Below, in pieces: positions 14,001 to 24,751 of a stretch of DNA of 64,000 nucleotides. A model generated the notes under the pieces. The model was not told the origin of the DNA. It worked only from the letters and a program-made list of their open reading frames with translations, and did no database searches. Both the position numbers and the translations under genes were made by a program. The DNA lies in assembly GCA_949358305.1 (NCBI GenBank), contig OX442314.1, forward strand, positions 2,542,001 through 2,606,000, given 5' to 3'. The stretch is from Strigamia acuminata. Its lineage: Eukaryota. The first letter of the stretch is position 1; every line of letters starts with the position of its first letter.

Positions 14001-14573
14001 GGAACATGTGTGCCAATTAATCAAAAGCATTTATGGATTAAAACAGGCAGGGAGATGTTGGTTTGAAACGTTGGACAAAACATTGAAGAGAATTGGATTC
14101 AAACCATCGCCAGAGGACCCATGCCTTTACGTGATTTTTGTTGATGGCAACTTTATGTTCCTAGGCGTATATGTGGACGATGACTTGTCCTTGGCATCCA
14201 CGGACGAATTCGAGACGGAATTAATGTCAAGAATGAAGGAAGAAATTGAGTTCGTGAGCATAGGCAGACTGGAATACATCCTGGGAATCCAAGTTGAGTA
14301 TGGAAATGGAAGAATCAGCATCCACCAAGGCGGATACATTAGACGATTGGTGGAGAGCGAAGGATTGGAGGAATGCAACGCCGCGATAACTCCGGTGAAC
14401 CCCAATCAAAACTTAGATGAATTTGAAGAAAGTGAGAAAGTTGACGCAACACAATACCAGGAACTGCTGGGCAAGATGATGTACCTTGCCACACACACGA
14501 GACCAGACCTGAGTTTCCCGATGAGCCTGTTATCTCAATATAACAAGGACCCACGAATGATCCATTTTACCGC
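11066..14573 (+). pseudogene. gag-pol: Copia gag-pol, 5' part (gag, zinc knuckles, protease, integrase, RT), disrupted
   Basis: LNDANYFLWE gag start; two CCHC knuckles; WVLDSGSTSHM protease; WHxRLGH; integrase core LWHIDL, RSDNGGEF, NGVAERANRT; RT KSIYGLKQA and YVDD. Stop at 11399 and frame breaks near 11690, 12360 and 13945. Confidence 0.93.
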
Positions 14574-15166
14574 TGTGACTGCTATGGTCTCTTCCGGTGT
14601 AGTCAGGGGACTGAGAACACTTGGTAGGGACGCATACTTCACGTAAATGACGGAGACTTCCCACAATATTGGTTGGTTGTCCTTTATTGCGTTGTCTAGG
14701 GGTATGGGGAAACCCGTCACCCGCTGCAGAGGTGCCACGAAGGCACACCGCACCGGCAACCGACCCGCCACACATTGGGTGGGAACCCAATGCGTGGCGT
14801 GGTCGGTTCGACTTAACATTCGTGTCGTACTTACCTACGACCCACGCGTCCACTCATGGAGGCTGTACAACGGTGGGAGCCGTCATACTGAGTATCATCG
14901 TGGTGAATGGTGAGGAGTACAGAGTCAAACCGGGACACTGCTTGTCCCTCCCAGATGAACACCTTCTCCTCTCGGGGAGCTGCTGCAGGCACGTCCTTCT
15001 CAGGCCGTGTCCAACACTCAACTCACTCACACCACTCCCTCCTCACCACACCACTCCACTCCCTCCTCCCTGGGCTAGGTCAACTACCCACGTAGGGGTT
15101 GACCTTTGGGGCCGCACGGTGGTGTGTGGCAGTGCCGCAGGTCACCTAGGTGGCCTGGCGGTCACA
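14574..15166 (-). repeat. 3' LTR of the nested element
   Basis: About 4 mismatches seen versus 43782-44374; minus-strand AATAAA at ~14683-14688; adjacent polypurine tract. Confidence 0.95.
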
Positions 15167-15879
15167 TCTCCCCCCCCAAGAAAAAGGTAGGTCTAAGGGG
15201 CCACACACAACACCGACGGGGACACGCAAGTCGAGGCAGACACAACCACGAAGTCAGTCGAAGACCACAACTTGTCGGGTTACCGGCGCCGACCTTCGGT
15301 GCTGGCGGTCCGAAAACCACTGCACTGTCGGTCCACGATGTTAGCAGCATTGGGCGACAGGAAACACCTCGCCCTAGACTGGCCGAAAACAAAACAAACT
15401 ATTGATGTAATACAATGTAAAAAATAATTCACCGGGCCTGAACGTAACAAGCCCGGGACGAAATCATAAACAAAAAAAAATTAAAAAAAAACGAAAAATA
15501 AAATAAATACGGTAAAACAAAACAAGGATGGGAGAGGCTGGTCAAGCCTCTCATAAAATAATTGAACTAAAGCTATACGTTAAACAACATGAAAATGATA
15601 AAAAAGAAAAAAAAAGAAATAATATATATACAACGACCGGGACCTGACCAAGATCCACAGTCGGGAGGTCCACCGATGGGACGGGAAAAACTCCGGTACC
15701 CGTTTTCGTCGGGCACGTGGGCTTGTGGCGTGGCGTCTCCGTCTCGTCACTTGCTTCCGGCTCGGCGTTCATGTCCCGGGACAGGCATCTCACGGCATGC
15801 TGCTGGGGAAAAAATATTATCGGGACCAGAGGTCCGTCGTTTGCACAATTTCGCGTCCAAGGACGACAGTCGAGGCTTT

Positions 15880-18189
15880 TCACGGCTCCGGCTTGTCGTT
15901 GGACGGTGGTTGCGGCTGAGAGGGGTCTTGCGGCTCCTCCTCAGACTCGGTTGCAACCGCTGCGGGTCCTGCTGGGGCTGGCGAAGTTCTCGCCGCCTCC
16001 AGTACAGACCGTATCGACGGTGGGGGAGGCATTAGTTGCCTGCCCTCCGCCTCCGCCGCTCCTGCTGTAGTTGATGGTGACTGGGGGGGTAGCTGGGGTA
16101 CCTCCTCCGTCGCCGTCGTTTTGACTGTGGCCAAGGCACGTCGCGCCGCCGCTTCCTCTCTCGATGCCGCCACGGATGCAGCGCTACGGGACTTCTTCCC
16201 CTTCCCTTTCTGCTTGCGTGCATCGTGGGTCGATTCGATTAGATCCCAGACGTCGGGGCTAAATTGGTCGGGATAGGCCTTCCGCCTGTGCACGCGTTTC
16301 ATCAGCACCTCTTCGTACGTAGGCGGGGGTGGAGGTGAGTGTGCCGCCAACTCTGGTGGCATCACGATAGGTACAGGCTCGTGGGACGCCGGTACAAACA
16401 TCCGCTGGAAACCATAATTGTTGGCCAGCCTAGGGAGTCCGGCTAGTGTCTCCACGTAGCCCCGGCAGATTGATGCGTCGAAATCCGCGTAGCCCGCCCC
16501 CACCGTCTGTTCCAGTGTCCAAGTCTGGACCACGAACGGGGACGGTAAGTGGAGATACCACGCGTTCATAGCAGTACCGACCGACCACGCGACGATGCGG
16601 ACCGTCTCATACCACCGTATCCTCCGTGCCGCGGCTGTTGCGACAGGGGGAATGTTGAGGATTATCCACATCCTCTGTCGAATCAGGGCGATTGCTCTGG
16701 TCATCCTGATGTCGCTCCCGGCCGCGTCTACAAAGCGCAGGTGAAGTTCCCTCCACCGCTTAGCTTCGGCGACCCAGAGCGCCACCACCTGAGCGTTCGC
16801 ATGCTTGAGGCGTGGGATTGCCATCAGTACCAGCGCCGTGCAGACCACTGGGGCACCAGGCGGTAAGTCAGCGACCTCGAGCGGAACCTGGCCCTCGACG
16901 GGTTCCAAGAACTCCGCTCCTTCGTGCTGTCCAGAGGGGTGTGGTTCCTGGGAAGGTCCCTCGCCTCCTCCGGCAGCTTCTACTCCTGCGTTGACCATCT
17001 CGGGGTCGCCGCACCGCAACAGTTGTGCTTCGAGAGACAAACCCTCCAGCACCGACAATTGCAGCACATCGTCCTCCGAAACAGACAACTCCATCGTCTC
17101 GTCATCTGGTGCTGGCATCTGGGGTTGCACCATTGGCGGTTCGGCGCAAGCGCCGTCCTGCCTCTGGGAAACAACACAGTCTTCCCGCAGGGTAGAAGGT
17201 TCCGACCGTCCCGCGAGATTCATGAGGCTACCCCAAGTGCGATGAGGCAGTCCTCCCGTCCCGTCGAATGCCGCCACGGGGATTCCAAGCGCGAGTGACG
17301 CGCAAGCGATCGCCTGCTCACTACAACCGGCTTCCTCCGTGGGCATCTCGACCATTTGTTCGCCAGGCACTCCGGGAAGGTCCAGAGCGGGTGACACTGC
17401 TGGATCAGCTTGTCCCTCGTCTCCTAACACTTCCGGTTGTTGCACGGGCTCCGATGCGTCGTCAACCACGGGTAGGACGACAACCATAGGAATGGCCACA
17501 ACTTCTGGCTCGACGGCACCGGATCCACATGACTGCCGCGCGACCGGTGGTACGGCAGCAGCTTCAGCCTCGGCCACCGCCTGCCTCGCCGCCTCAGCGG
17601 ACCGCGCCTTCCTCGCATTGTCCTTGATACGACGACGCAGCAGCTTCCCTGCGGACTCGATCTGAACCGCAGTTGCTCGCGGGTAGGACGCCCGCCACTC
17701 CGCCAACGAGGTCTCTAGCCGTACGGTCATCTCTTCCGTCCATTTCGACGGCGCTGGTTCTTGCTTCTGGCGCTTCGGGTTCGGCTGGGCTGGGGCCTCT
17801 GCCGAAGCCGCCCGCCCCGCCTGAACCCTTGGTGCCGAAGGTGCAGAACCCGATGGACCAGGCTGCCCGTCCCGTGCTCTGACAGCTTCCACCGTCAAAC
17901 CACGTGGTAGGAGGGCATGCCCGTGTCGCAACAGATCCTGCGTCCTCCTTTCCCACAAGTCAACGCTCATCCACGATACCATCGAACGGGTGCGGCTCCG
18001 GTCGCCGCCCGGTCGTTGTGAGTGGCGCGCATACCACCTCTGCCTGGGGGTGGAGAAGTGCACCAACCCCATGCCGAGGCAGTTGCCGCACGGTGACTCC
18101 CAACTGCCCGCCGATAGTTCCCAACACTCGCCCGAGCAAACAGGGCAGATGTGCCACTGTTCGCCTCCATCTCCGCCTCCGTTTCCCAA
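15880..18189 (-). CDS. Orphan 769-aa accessory ORF in the env position; probably spliced
   Basis: Long GC-rich open frame; N-terminal CPVC...CGNC; WTEE helical segment; acidic/Pro-rich linker; PPPPPTYEEV; basic NLS-like runs. No ATG at the start, but a U-rich tract ending TGTTTAG lies immediately upstream. Confidence 0.75.
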   Translation of the reverse strand: MGNGGGDGGEQWHICPVCSGECWELSAGSWESPCGNCLGMGLVHFSTPRQRWYARHSQRPGGDRSRTRSMVSWMSVDLWERRTQDLLRHGHALLPRGLTVEAVRARDGQPGPSGSAPSAPRVQAGRAASAEAPAQPNPKRQKQEPAPSKWTEEMTVRLETSLAEWRASYPRATAVQIESAGKLLRRRIKDNARKARSAEAARQAVAEAEAAAVPPVARQSCGSGAVEPEVVAIPMVVVLPVVDDASEPVQQPEVLGDEGQADPAVSPALDLPGVPGEQMVEMPTEEAGCSEQAIACASLALGIPVAAFDGTGGLPHRTWGSLMNLAGRSEPSTLREDCVVSQRQDGACAEPPMVQPQMPAPDDETMELSVSEDDVLQLSVLEGLSLEAQLLRCGDPEMVNAGVEAAGGGEGPSQEPHPSGQHEGAEFLEPVEGQVPLEVADLPPGAPVVCTALVLMAIPRLKHANAQVVALWVAEAKRWRELHLRFVDAAGSDIRMTRAIALIRQRMWIILNIPPVATAAARRIRWYETVRIVAWSVGTAMNAWYLHLPSPFVVQTWTLEQTVGAGYADFDASICRGYVETLAGLPRLANNYGFQRMFVPASHEPVPIVMPPELAAHSPPPPPTYEEVLMKRVHRRKAYPDQFSPDVWDLIESTHDARKQKGKGKKSRSAASVAASREEAAARRALATVKTTATEEVPQLPPQSPSTTAGAAEAEGRQLMPPPPSIRSVLEAARTSPAPAGPAAVATESEEEPQDPSQPQPPSNDKPEP

Positions 18190-20578
18190 ATTCTAAACAA
18201 TAAAACAACAAAAGACAAAATTAATAAATTATACAAAATGAAAAGGGGAAAAAAAAAAACCGGGTTGAGAGTATGATGCAAGGGTTATGAATTTAGGATT
18301 CCGGCACGAGGGGGCGACAAAATCAACCTCCCACGCAAGCACTTGATCACGTGCAAACACATGACGTCAGTGGATGCCACACAATCGTCGAAGACACCGA
18401 GCTGGCGGAAGCCATTTTCGGTGCTCCGGTGATGCAAGCCGAAATAATTTCCTGAATTCGTTAAACCGAATCAGGATGATATAAAATCCTGACCAAAGCG
18501 TGGTGCCTGGTCTAAGAAATGATGGTTGTAAGAATTTCACACACGACAAGGCAAGAGATGGTGACGGCAACGCAAACCGCAACCAACATGGCGGACCGTT
18601 CTGCACAACGGCCCGGCATGTCGGTGAAGTCTGGCGCCTGAATCAGAACCCAATCCAGTCGCAGAAAACCCGAACAAACCATCGATTGTGACAAAAAGGA
18701 TGTCTCGAAAAGAAATACGCGAACGAGCGAAAAAGTGATACACCTTTTCTGCCTGAACGCAAGCGAAAAGAGAAAAGAAATAAAACCAAATAATCTTATT
18801 GAATAATAAAAAAAAATAAATTTAGTTGCGCCGGCTGAGAAAGAAACTCGAGTTCGGGGCAAAATAAACAAAGGAGGGGTTGAAGACTAAAGAAAAGAAC
18901 GAAAAACTCCAAACGGAAGTGGACTTTGATTTCTTCGAGTCGCGTCGCGGCGGCGAGTGATTCGGGAAGCGAACTTCTCGGCTCCTCTTACCGCTGCGAC
19001 AACCCCTCACCGCCCGCTATTGTTTTCCCAGATTGGGGGTCTCAGATCGTGCCGCTGGCCACTCAAGTGACCAGCATACAGGTCATTGACCTCAATTAGG
19101 GACAATAGGAACGAGGGATGCACGAATTCCGAGGGGTTAGGCGTGGGTCACGGTGTAACCTTTGCCAGCTGACTCGCGAATTCGACGCCGATACCCACCC
19201 ATTTCAGAAAGAAAAACCGGGGACACGGCGAATGGAGGCAAAAAACAAAAAAAAAGATACGTAATCAAAAAAAAAGAAAAATAAAACAAAAAAAAAAAAA
19301 TTAAAACTGAATTGAAGAAGGAAAACTAATCGAGAGAACTTTTCACAGAAACATCGGGAAAAAGAAGAAAGAGAAGAGAAAAGAAGTGATAGAAAATTCG
19401 AGACGGAAGACGGATGGCAAAACGAAACCAATCGCATCAGGTATCACGAAGCGCTTCGTGAGAGAAAACGCCGAAATTTCAGGTTTTCTTCACACAAAAC
19501 ACTTCTCAAAATGTTTCCCGAACACTAAATGGTCGAAACCACAAGTGTTTCAGTGAATTAATTCGATCGCGGCGGGTTAGAATCAACTTAACCTGCCTGC
19601 GTCCCTAGCGAGAAGCGGCGGTCGAAACTGCCTGCTCGATCGCTAAGTTGCACGTAATATCGGGGTCGGGGTACGAAAGAAAGCAATCGGTCACGGGTTT
19701 TATCGAGAAAAAGGGCCACAGTAAATGATGCAAAAAGAAAATAAATTTGTGTCTTACCCTCATATCGCAACTCAAAAACTTTTTCTCAAACACGAACACA
19801 AGCAAAAGTCAGCTGATGCTGTATGATCGCCCTCTCGAAAACAAGTGACACACGGGGACTATGTCCAGAAACAAGAAACCTCGAGTCTAAACAGAGAACA
19901 ATCCTCGACCCGTGACCTGTGATTGGGTCCCACGACACCCTCACCCCTCCAATTGGTGCAATAACTAATTCCCAATCTAAAGAGACAATCTTTCTCAGAA
20001 AGCGCAGGAAAAACACCACGAAACAATATTATTTTATTGCCACGACAATTTTCCGAATTTTTTAGCGAAAAACTCCCACGATCCCCGGGCAGAGAAATAA
20101 AACCTGCTTAAAAATCGCGGCTGCGGTGCTGAGACCGTCGCCATGGTTACGCTCCTCCGCGAGATTTCGTGACGTCACATGAACGCCACGATTCTCATCG
20201 GTGGAGACCGCAACATGACCGCTGAAACTGGCCACGGAAAGCAGGTAATTAAACAAACTTCTCCGACCAATCTCAGTGACTTAATCAATCAATTCCAACA
20301 GTGTTATCGGTCCAGTGACCAACACTGATCGATCGGCGACCATCGAGACGAATCACGGGCCTGCAAATCGATTTTTTCAACTTCACCGTGCAACAGGTGA
20401 CCTTTACAAAAACGGGTGAGTTAGATAAAAAATAAAAATCATCCATTTCAATAAGTCACCGTTACAGGGTAACTTACGGGTTCAATTCTGTGTTTGTCGG
20501 TGTGACAATGACGAGGATTCGCCGTGTCTACGCCTGACGAACGTTCTTCACTTTAAATCCAGCCGAAACAAGGAATTT

Positions 20579-21709
20579 CTAAGTTCCTGGCCAGAAAAAA
20601 ATGCGTCGTAGTCTTTTCACCATGTCGGCCGCGTTATCCTGCATGTAGCGAGGGTGCAATCGAATGACGTCGAGGCAACGGTCAGCTAGCGGTGCAGGCA
20701 TCAGGATTTTTACGTCCAAGCCTTGCTCCGCCCTGGTTAGTGACGATTCGGGTGAGAACGGGGTATTGATACACAATTCTCCGCACTCGCCGAACGTACA
20801 ATCGGACATGTATTGCGCCATGGATGGTGGGATTTGGGCCAGAAGACTGTCGTCATCTCGGTCCTCGTCTAACCATCTCATGATCGCGCTACAGTCGGCG
20901 TCTGCCCGCTGGTACTGCCTAATCTCATCGTAAGACATGATCGTACCAGTGAGGCTTTCTGAAACGAGAGTGTGGGCAAGCGCGGAAGCAGCTTTTTCTT
21001 CGCGTGAGGCCGCCAATGTCGTATCCTCGTCATCTAGGCCCACACGAGAAAGAGCGACTGCGATCCGATCGTCCACATCTCTCCTAAATTTAAAAGAGAA
21101 TCTCACCTGTTGGAGCTGCATTGCCCTCCGCACCAGGCGACCTGACGTGTTGATTGAGTGTAATAACCAAAACAACGCCACGCAACCTGTTTCGATAACG
21201 AATTTTGAATACGCGATGAAAGACCGAAAGGAAGCGACTGCCTGCAGAACTGCCAGACAATCGAGTTCCGGCGGGCTTAACGCTGTCTCGGCGCCTTGCA
21301 GCGCACGACTCGCGTAAGCAACAGGTCTCCTGACCCCCAGATGATCGATCTGCGTGAGGACTGCACCGAGCCCGGTCAAACTTGCGGCAGCTTGAATGAC
21401 GAAGATCTTGCCGAAATCAGGCATCGGCTGCACGATCCCACGCGAAAGATGATCCTTGAAAAATTCGAATACTCCCTGACACTCGTTGGACCAATTCCAT
21501 TCCGCACCCACGGCGAGTAGGTCATCCAGCGGGTTTGACAGATGTTCCAGTCCCTCGATCGGCGGTGTGTCCCCTCCAAACATGCCGAGGAAACGTCGCA
21601 GCTGGGCGACATTCGCCGGTCGCGGGTAGTCCACGATCGCCTGGACACGGCGTTCGTTCGGTCGAAAACCTGCGGGAGTCATAGAATAGCCAAGAAGTAG
21701 ATACCACAC
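20579..21709 (-). CDS. pol: RT connection, catalytically substituted RNase H, and a truncated start of the integrase Zn-binding region
   Basis: P.NVAQLRRFLGM, GLGAVLTQ, RPVAYASRAL and ALSR retained; ORF ends at RLRRIFFWPGT*; one frameshift relative to the upstream ORF near 21705. Confidence 0.85.
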   Translation of the reverse strand: MWYLLLGYSMTPAGFRPNERRVQAIVDYPRPANVAQLRRFLGMFGGDTPPIEGLEHLSNPLDDLLAVGAEWNWSNECQGVFEFFKDHLSRGIVQPMPDFGKIFVIQAAASLTGLGAVLTQIDHLGVRRPVAYASRALQGAETALSPPELDCLAVLQAVASFRSFIAYSKFVIETGCVALFWLLHSINTSGRLVRRAMQLQQVRFSFKFRRDVDDRIAVALSRVGLDDEDTTLAASREEKAASALAHTLVSESLTGTIMSYDEIRQYQRADADCSAIMRWLDEDRDDDSLLAQIPPSMAQYMSDCTFGECGELCINTPFSPESSLTRAEQGLDVKILMPAPLADRCLDVIRLHPRYMQDNAADMVKRLRRIFFWPGT

Positions 21710-23474
21710 AAGATCCAGACGGGCTAGCGGTCAAGCAAAATTTGCTCAGCCTGCTCAGCACGTCGGACAGGTGTGTCAGGTGTCGCTCAAAAGTTTTGCT
21801 GAACACCACGATCGAGTCCAGGTAGGGCAACGCCCACTTAAACTTCGATTCGCCGAGCACCTTCCCCATCAGCCGTTGGAATGCCACAGGGGTATTTAAC
21901 AATCCGTAGGGCAATTTCACGAACTGAAAGGTATCTTGAGGTGTGTAAAACGCCGTCTTAGGTCTGTCCTTGGGCGCAATCCTTACCTGAAAGCAGCCCA
22001 TAGCCAGATCCAAAGTGGAGAAAAACACACTCCCTTCTAAACAGGCCAAAATCATGGGAATAGACGGTACTGGGTACGTGTCTCTCTCCGTGACTGAATT
22101 GAGCTGTCTAAAATCGATGCAAGCGTCAAAGGTTCCGTCAGGTAATATACTTATCACCGGCTGGTTCCTATAATCACTGACACCTCTTTCTATCTCACCC
22201 TTTTTCAGCGCGCATCTCACCAAACGGCGCAGAGCTTTCGCTTCAGCAGGGGATGTCGGTTTGATATCGCACGAGAAGGGTGGCGCATTACCCGTGGGGA
22301 TCCGAAGTTTTACCGTCGGATGACAGCCTCCTATCTCGCTGAAGGTGTGGCTGAACTCGTCGAGCACACGAGCCAATCTCATCTTCCGCATATCTTCTAT
22401 TTTGCAGTCTTCCAACAAATCTAATTGTTTGGATGATAGTGACAGTGCGGCCGTGTCGACGCCGTATTCCAGCGTGACCCTTGCCCACTTGTCAACATCT
22501 GCACCACCTTCGTCTAGCTGTCTAGGCCGAGGAGCGAAGGGAAACGTCATCCCTGGATCATCGGCTTTAAACCAATCGTTCCGGGAAATGCGAATTACAA
22601 TGCCATATTCCCTCAACCAACTACACCCCAAAAGGATAAAGCTAGAAGAAGAAGGTAACACTGCAAACCGTAACCAATCTTCTCCCGTCTGCCAGCTGAC
22701 GTACAATTTCACCGTCCCCAAGGGACTGGTTACTCTGTCGCCTGTCATAACCCTAACGAAATCATTACAGGGTTCAATCGAGGCTGTCAGTCCGTATTTC
22801 TCCGCCGCGGCACTACTCATATACTGCCCTGAAGCAGCAGTATCCATAAGTGCCACCGCTTCACGGTCGGAAAAGCGAATGTCGACGAACGGGAGAGGGA
22901 AATCTCTGCCCAGTCCGGCGACACTCACTGTATCCCAGACCGCTCCGACGGCTAAGCCTACGAAACAGACTTGGTCGGGCGGTGAGCCGTCCGCTACGAC
23001 GCCTTCATCCGCCTCAATCAATTCCAGCGGCTGGGGTGGTGAGATCCGGTCGTAGAGTTCGGCGGGCTGAACCACACCGTTCTCCGCAACCAGGTCCACC
23101 TCCTCCGGCTCGCTTTCAACGTCCGAATCGTCCGATGCAGCGGCCCGAGTTATCGTCGACCTGCTGGACAATTCCATGATACGTTTACTGAAATCCAATT
23201 GCTGCGACACCGCGGATCTTGCCCAAGCCTCCGCCATGTCGCTGGCCTCATTCCGCGCACGAACAGCTGCTTTACGCGCCTGTTCTGCAGCAAAATTCGA
23301 CCAAATTGCTTCGCCATGTGCAGCGGCGGCATCAAGTGCTGCCAGCTGCTTTTCGCGTTGAAATAACCGAATGAGTTCCATGACATCGTCCTGCGTCTTA
23401 ATGTCGCATGGATCGACGTCGCAAAGAACAGCCAGTTCTCTGGCCCAAGCTGAATCGAGATCCTTGCTTGCCAT
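21522..23474 (-). CDS. pol: N-terminal helical domain, aspartic-protease-like domain and RT-like domain, with variant catalytic motifs
   Basis: ALMDTAAS, ILLGCSWL, CIDFRQLN, LDLAMGCFQV, KTAF, LPYGLLNTP and YLDS. Confidence 0.88.
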   Translation of the reverse strand: MASKDLDSAWARELAVLCDVDPCDIKTQDDVMELIRLFQREKQLAALDAAAAHGEAIWSNFAAEQARKAAVRARNEASDMAEAWARSAVSQQLDFSKRIMELSSRSTITRAAASDDSDVESEPEEVDLVAENGVVQPAELYDRISPPQPLELIEADEGVVADGSPPDQVCFVGLAVGAVWDTVSVAGLGRDFPLPFVDIRFSDREAVALMDTAASGQYMSSAAAEKYGLTASIEPCNDFVRVMTGDRVTSPLGTVKLYVSWQTGEDWLRFAVLPSSSSFILLGCSWLREYGIVIRISRNDWFKADDPGMTFPFAPRPRQLDEGGADVDKWARVTLEYGVDTAALSLSSKQLDLLEDCKIEDMRKMRLARVLDEFSHTFSEIGGCHPTVKLRIPTGNAPPFSCDIKPTSPAEAKALRRLVRCALKKGEIERGVSDYRNQPVISILPDGTFDACIDFRQLNSVTERDTYPVPSIPMILACLEGSVFFSTLDLAMGCFQVRIAPKDRPKTAFYTPQDTFQFVKLPYGLLNTPVAFQRLMGKVLGESKFKWALPYLDSIVVFSKTFERHLTHLSDVLSRLSKFCLTASPSGSCVVSTSWLFYDSRRFSTERTPCPGDRGLPATGECRPAATFPRHVWRGHTADRGTGTSVKPAG

Positions 23475-24751
23475 AAGATGCTATTTCTTTGCAACCAGTG
23501 GTAACCAAGTGTGTGCAGTCAAGACCACGCACAGGCAAGGAGTGAGAAGGAATCCAAGGACACTTTCACTTCCTACAGCCAAACCAAAGTCAGGGGTACC
23601 TTGACCAATTACAGCCGCCTACAACTAGGTCGACCATAATTATTTTACAAAAGATCTCAGCATCCCTTTCAAAGGAATGTCCAACCACTGGCCATGTGTT
23701 GGACCTTCGAGCGCTTTTCCAGTGCTTCAAGGATCCTTGATTCTATTTTTAGCTAATTGGCAACTGAGCATCTGGTGAAGACCAAAGTCGCGCACCGGGG
23801 TGCCGTCCTGTTCTTTCGACAGAGTCCATGCCCTTTATGCTAAAATTGATTGGACAGAGGAGTGGCGGGTCAATGGTCGAATCCCTGACCTCGTCATCAA
23901 CCTGTTACTGCATCCTGTGTACCTTCAAAATAAAATATGATAAATTACAATGAAAGTCCTTTTATTGAAAACAATAAAACATTAAGTTTTGGTTCATCTC
24001 TCCGCCCCAAAAAATAAAATTAGCGGTTATATTTTGGTTCTTAATCCACGCCCCAAAATAAAAAATTAGCGAACACCTTTCCGGCATTTATCCACGCCCC
24101 AGAAGATAGAAATGGGCGACTGGAAGTTCTCTGACACTCCCAAACTAACAAAACAATGCATGCTTCGTCTTTCCCCTCGTGTTCCAAATTATTCGCGCCA
24201 GAACCAAGTAGAAAAAACTGCGTATATCGATTTTTTGTGGCATTTTATCCTCGCGCCCCACAGCTTCGATGCTAAGGCGTACGTTTTCCTTTGCACTGGT
24301 GTACACGTCTACCACCAGTTTTAACCTCTGCTGAAAACGCTAAAATCGCGTGTTTTAGGATTCCTCCGATATTGCCTGCTCCTGCACCGAAATCACACCC
24401 AAAACACCATCAAGATCGCGATAATCCTGATGAGGCAAAAAATTGTGACTCAGTCGCCTCAGACTAAGAGTGAAGGGAAATTGGCGAACCGAGTCTGAGT
24501 CAGATTGGAGAATATTGCAACTGAACACGGTCCAGCGCCAAGGAAAGTTAGGTCCAATCCCCGGGAGCCTCACTCCTTTCCAACCCGGATATGAAATTAG
24601 AGTAGAAATAGGATAAAAGAAGGGAACAAGAAAAATGTGGTGTGTTTCACAAAATTTGGGAAAAGGGATCCACACACAGCACATTGAAAAAATAAAAGTT
24701 TGAAAGATGTTGGGCTGGATTCACAGTCTTCGTTTGAAGCTGTTAGCCACC

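Noticed and set aside
14530..15190. ORFs duplicated at 43749-44383
   Set aside because: Incidental frames in the GC-rich LTRs; no recognisable motifs
15880..18189. env gene
   Set aside because: No evident signal peptide, fusion-peptide arrangement or C-terminal TM anchor
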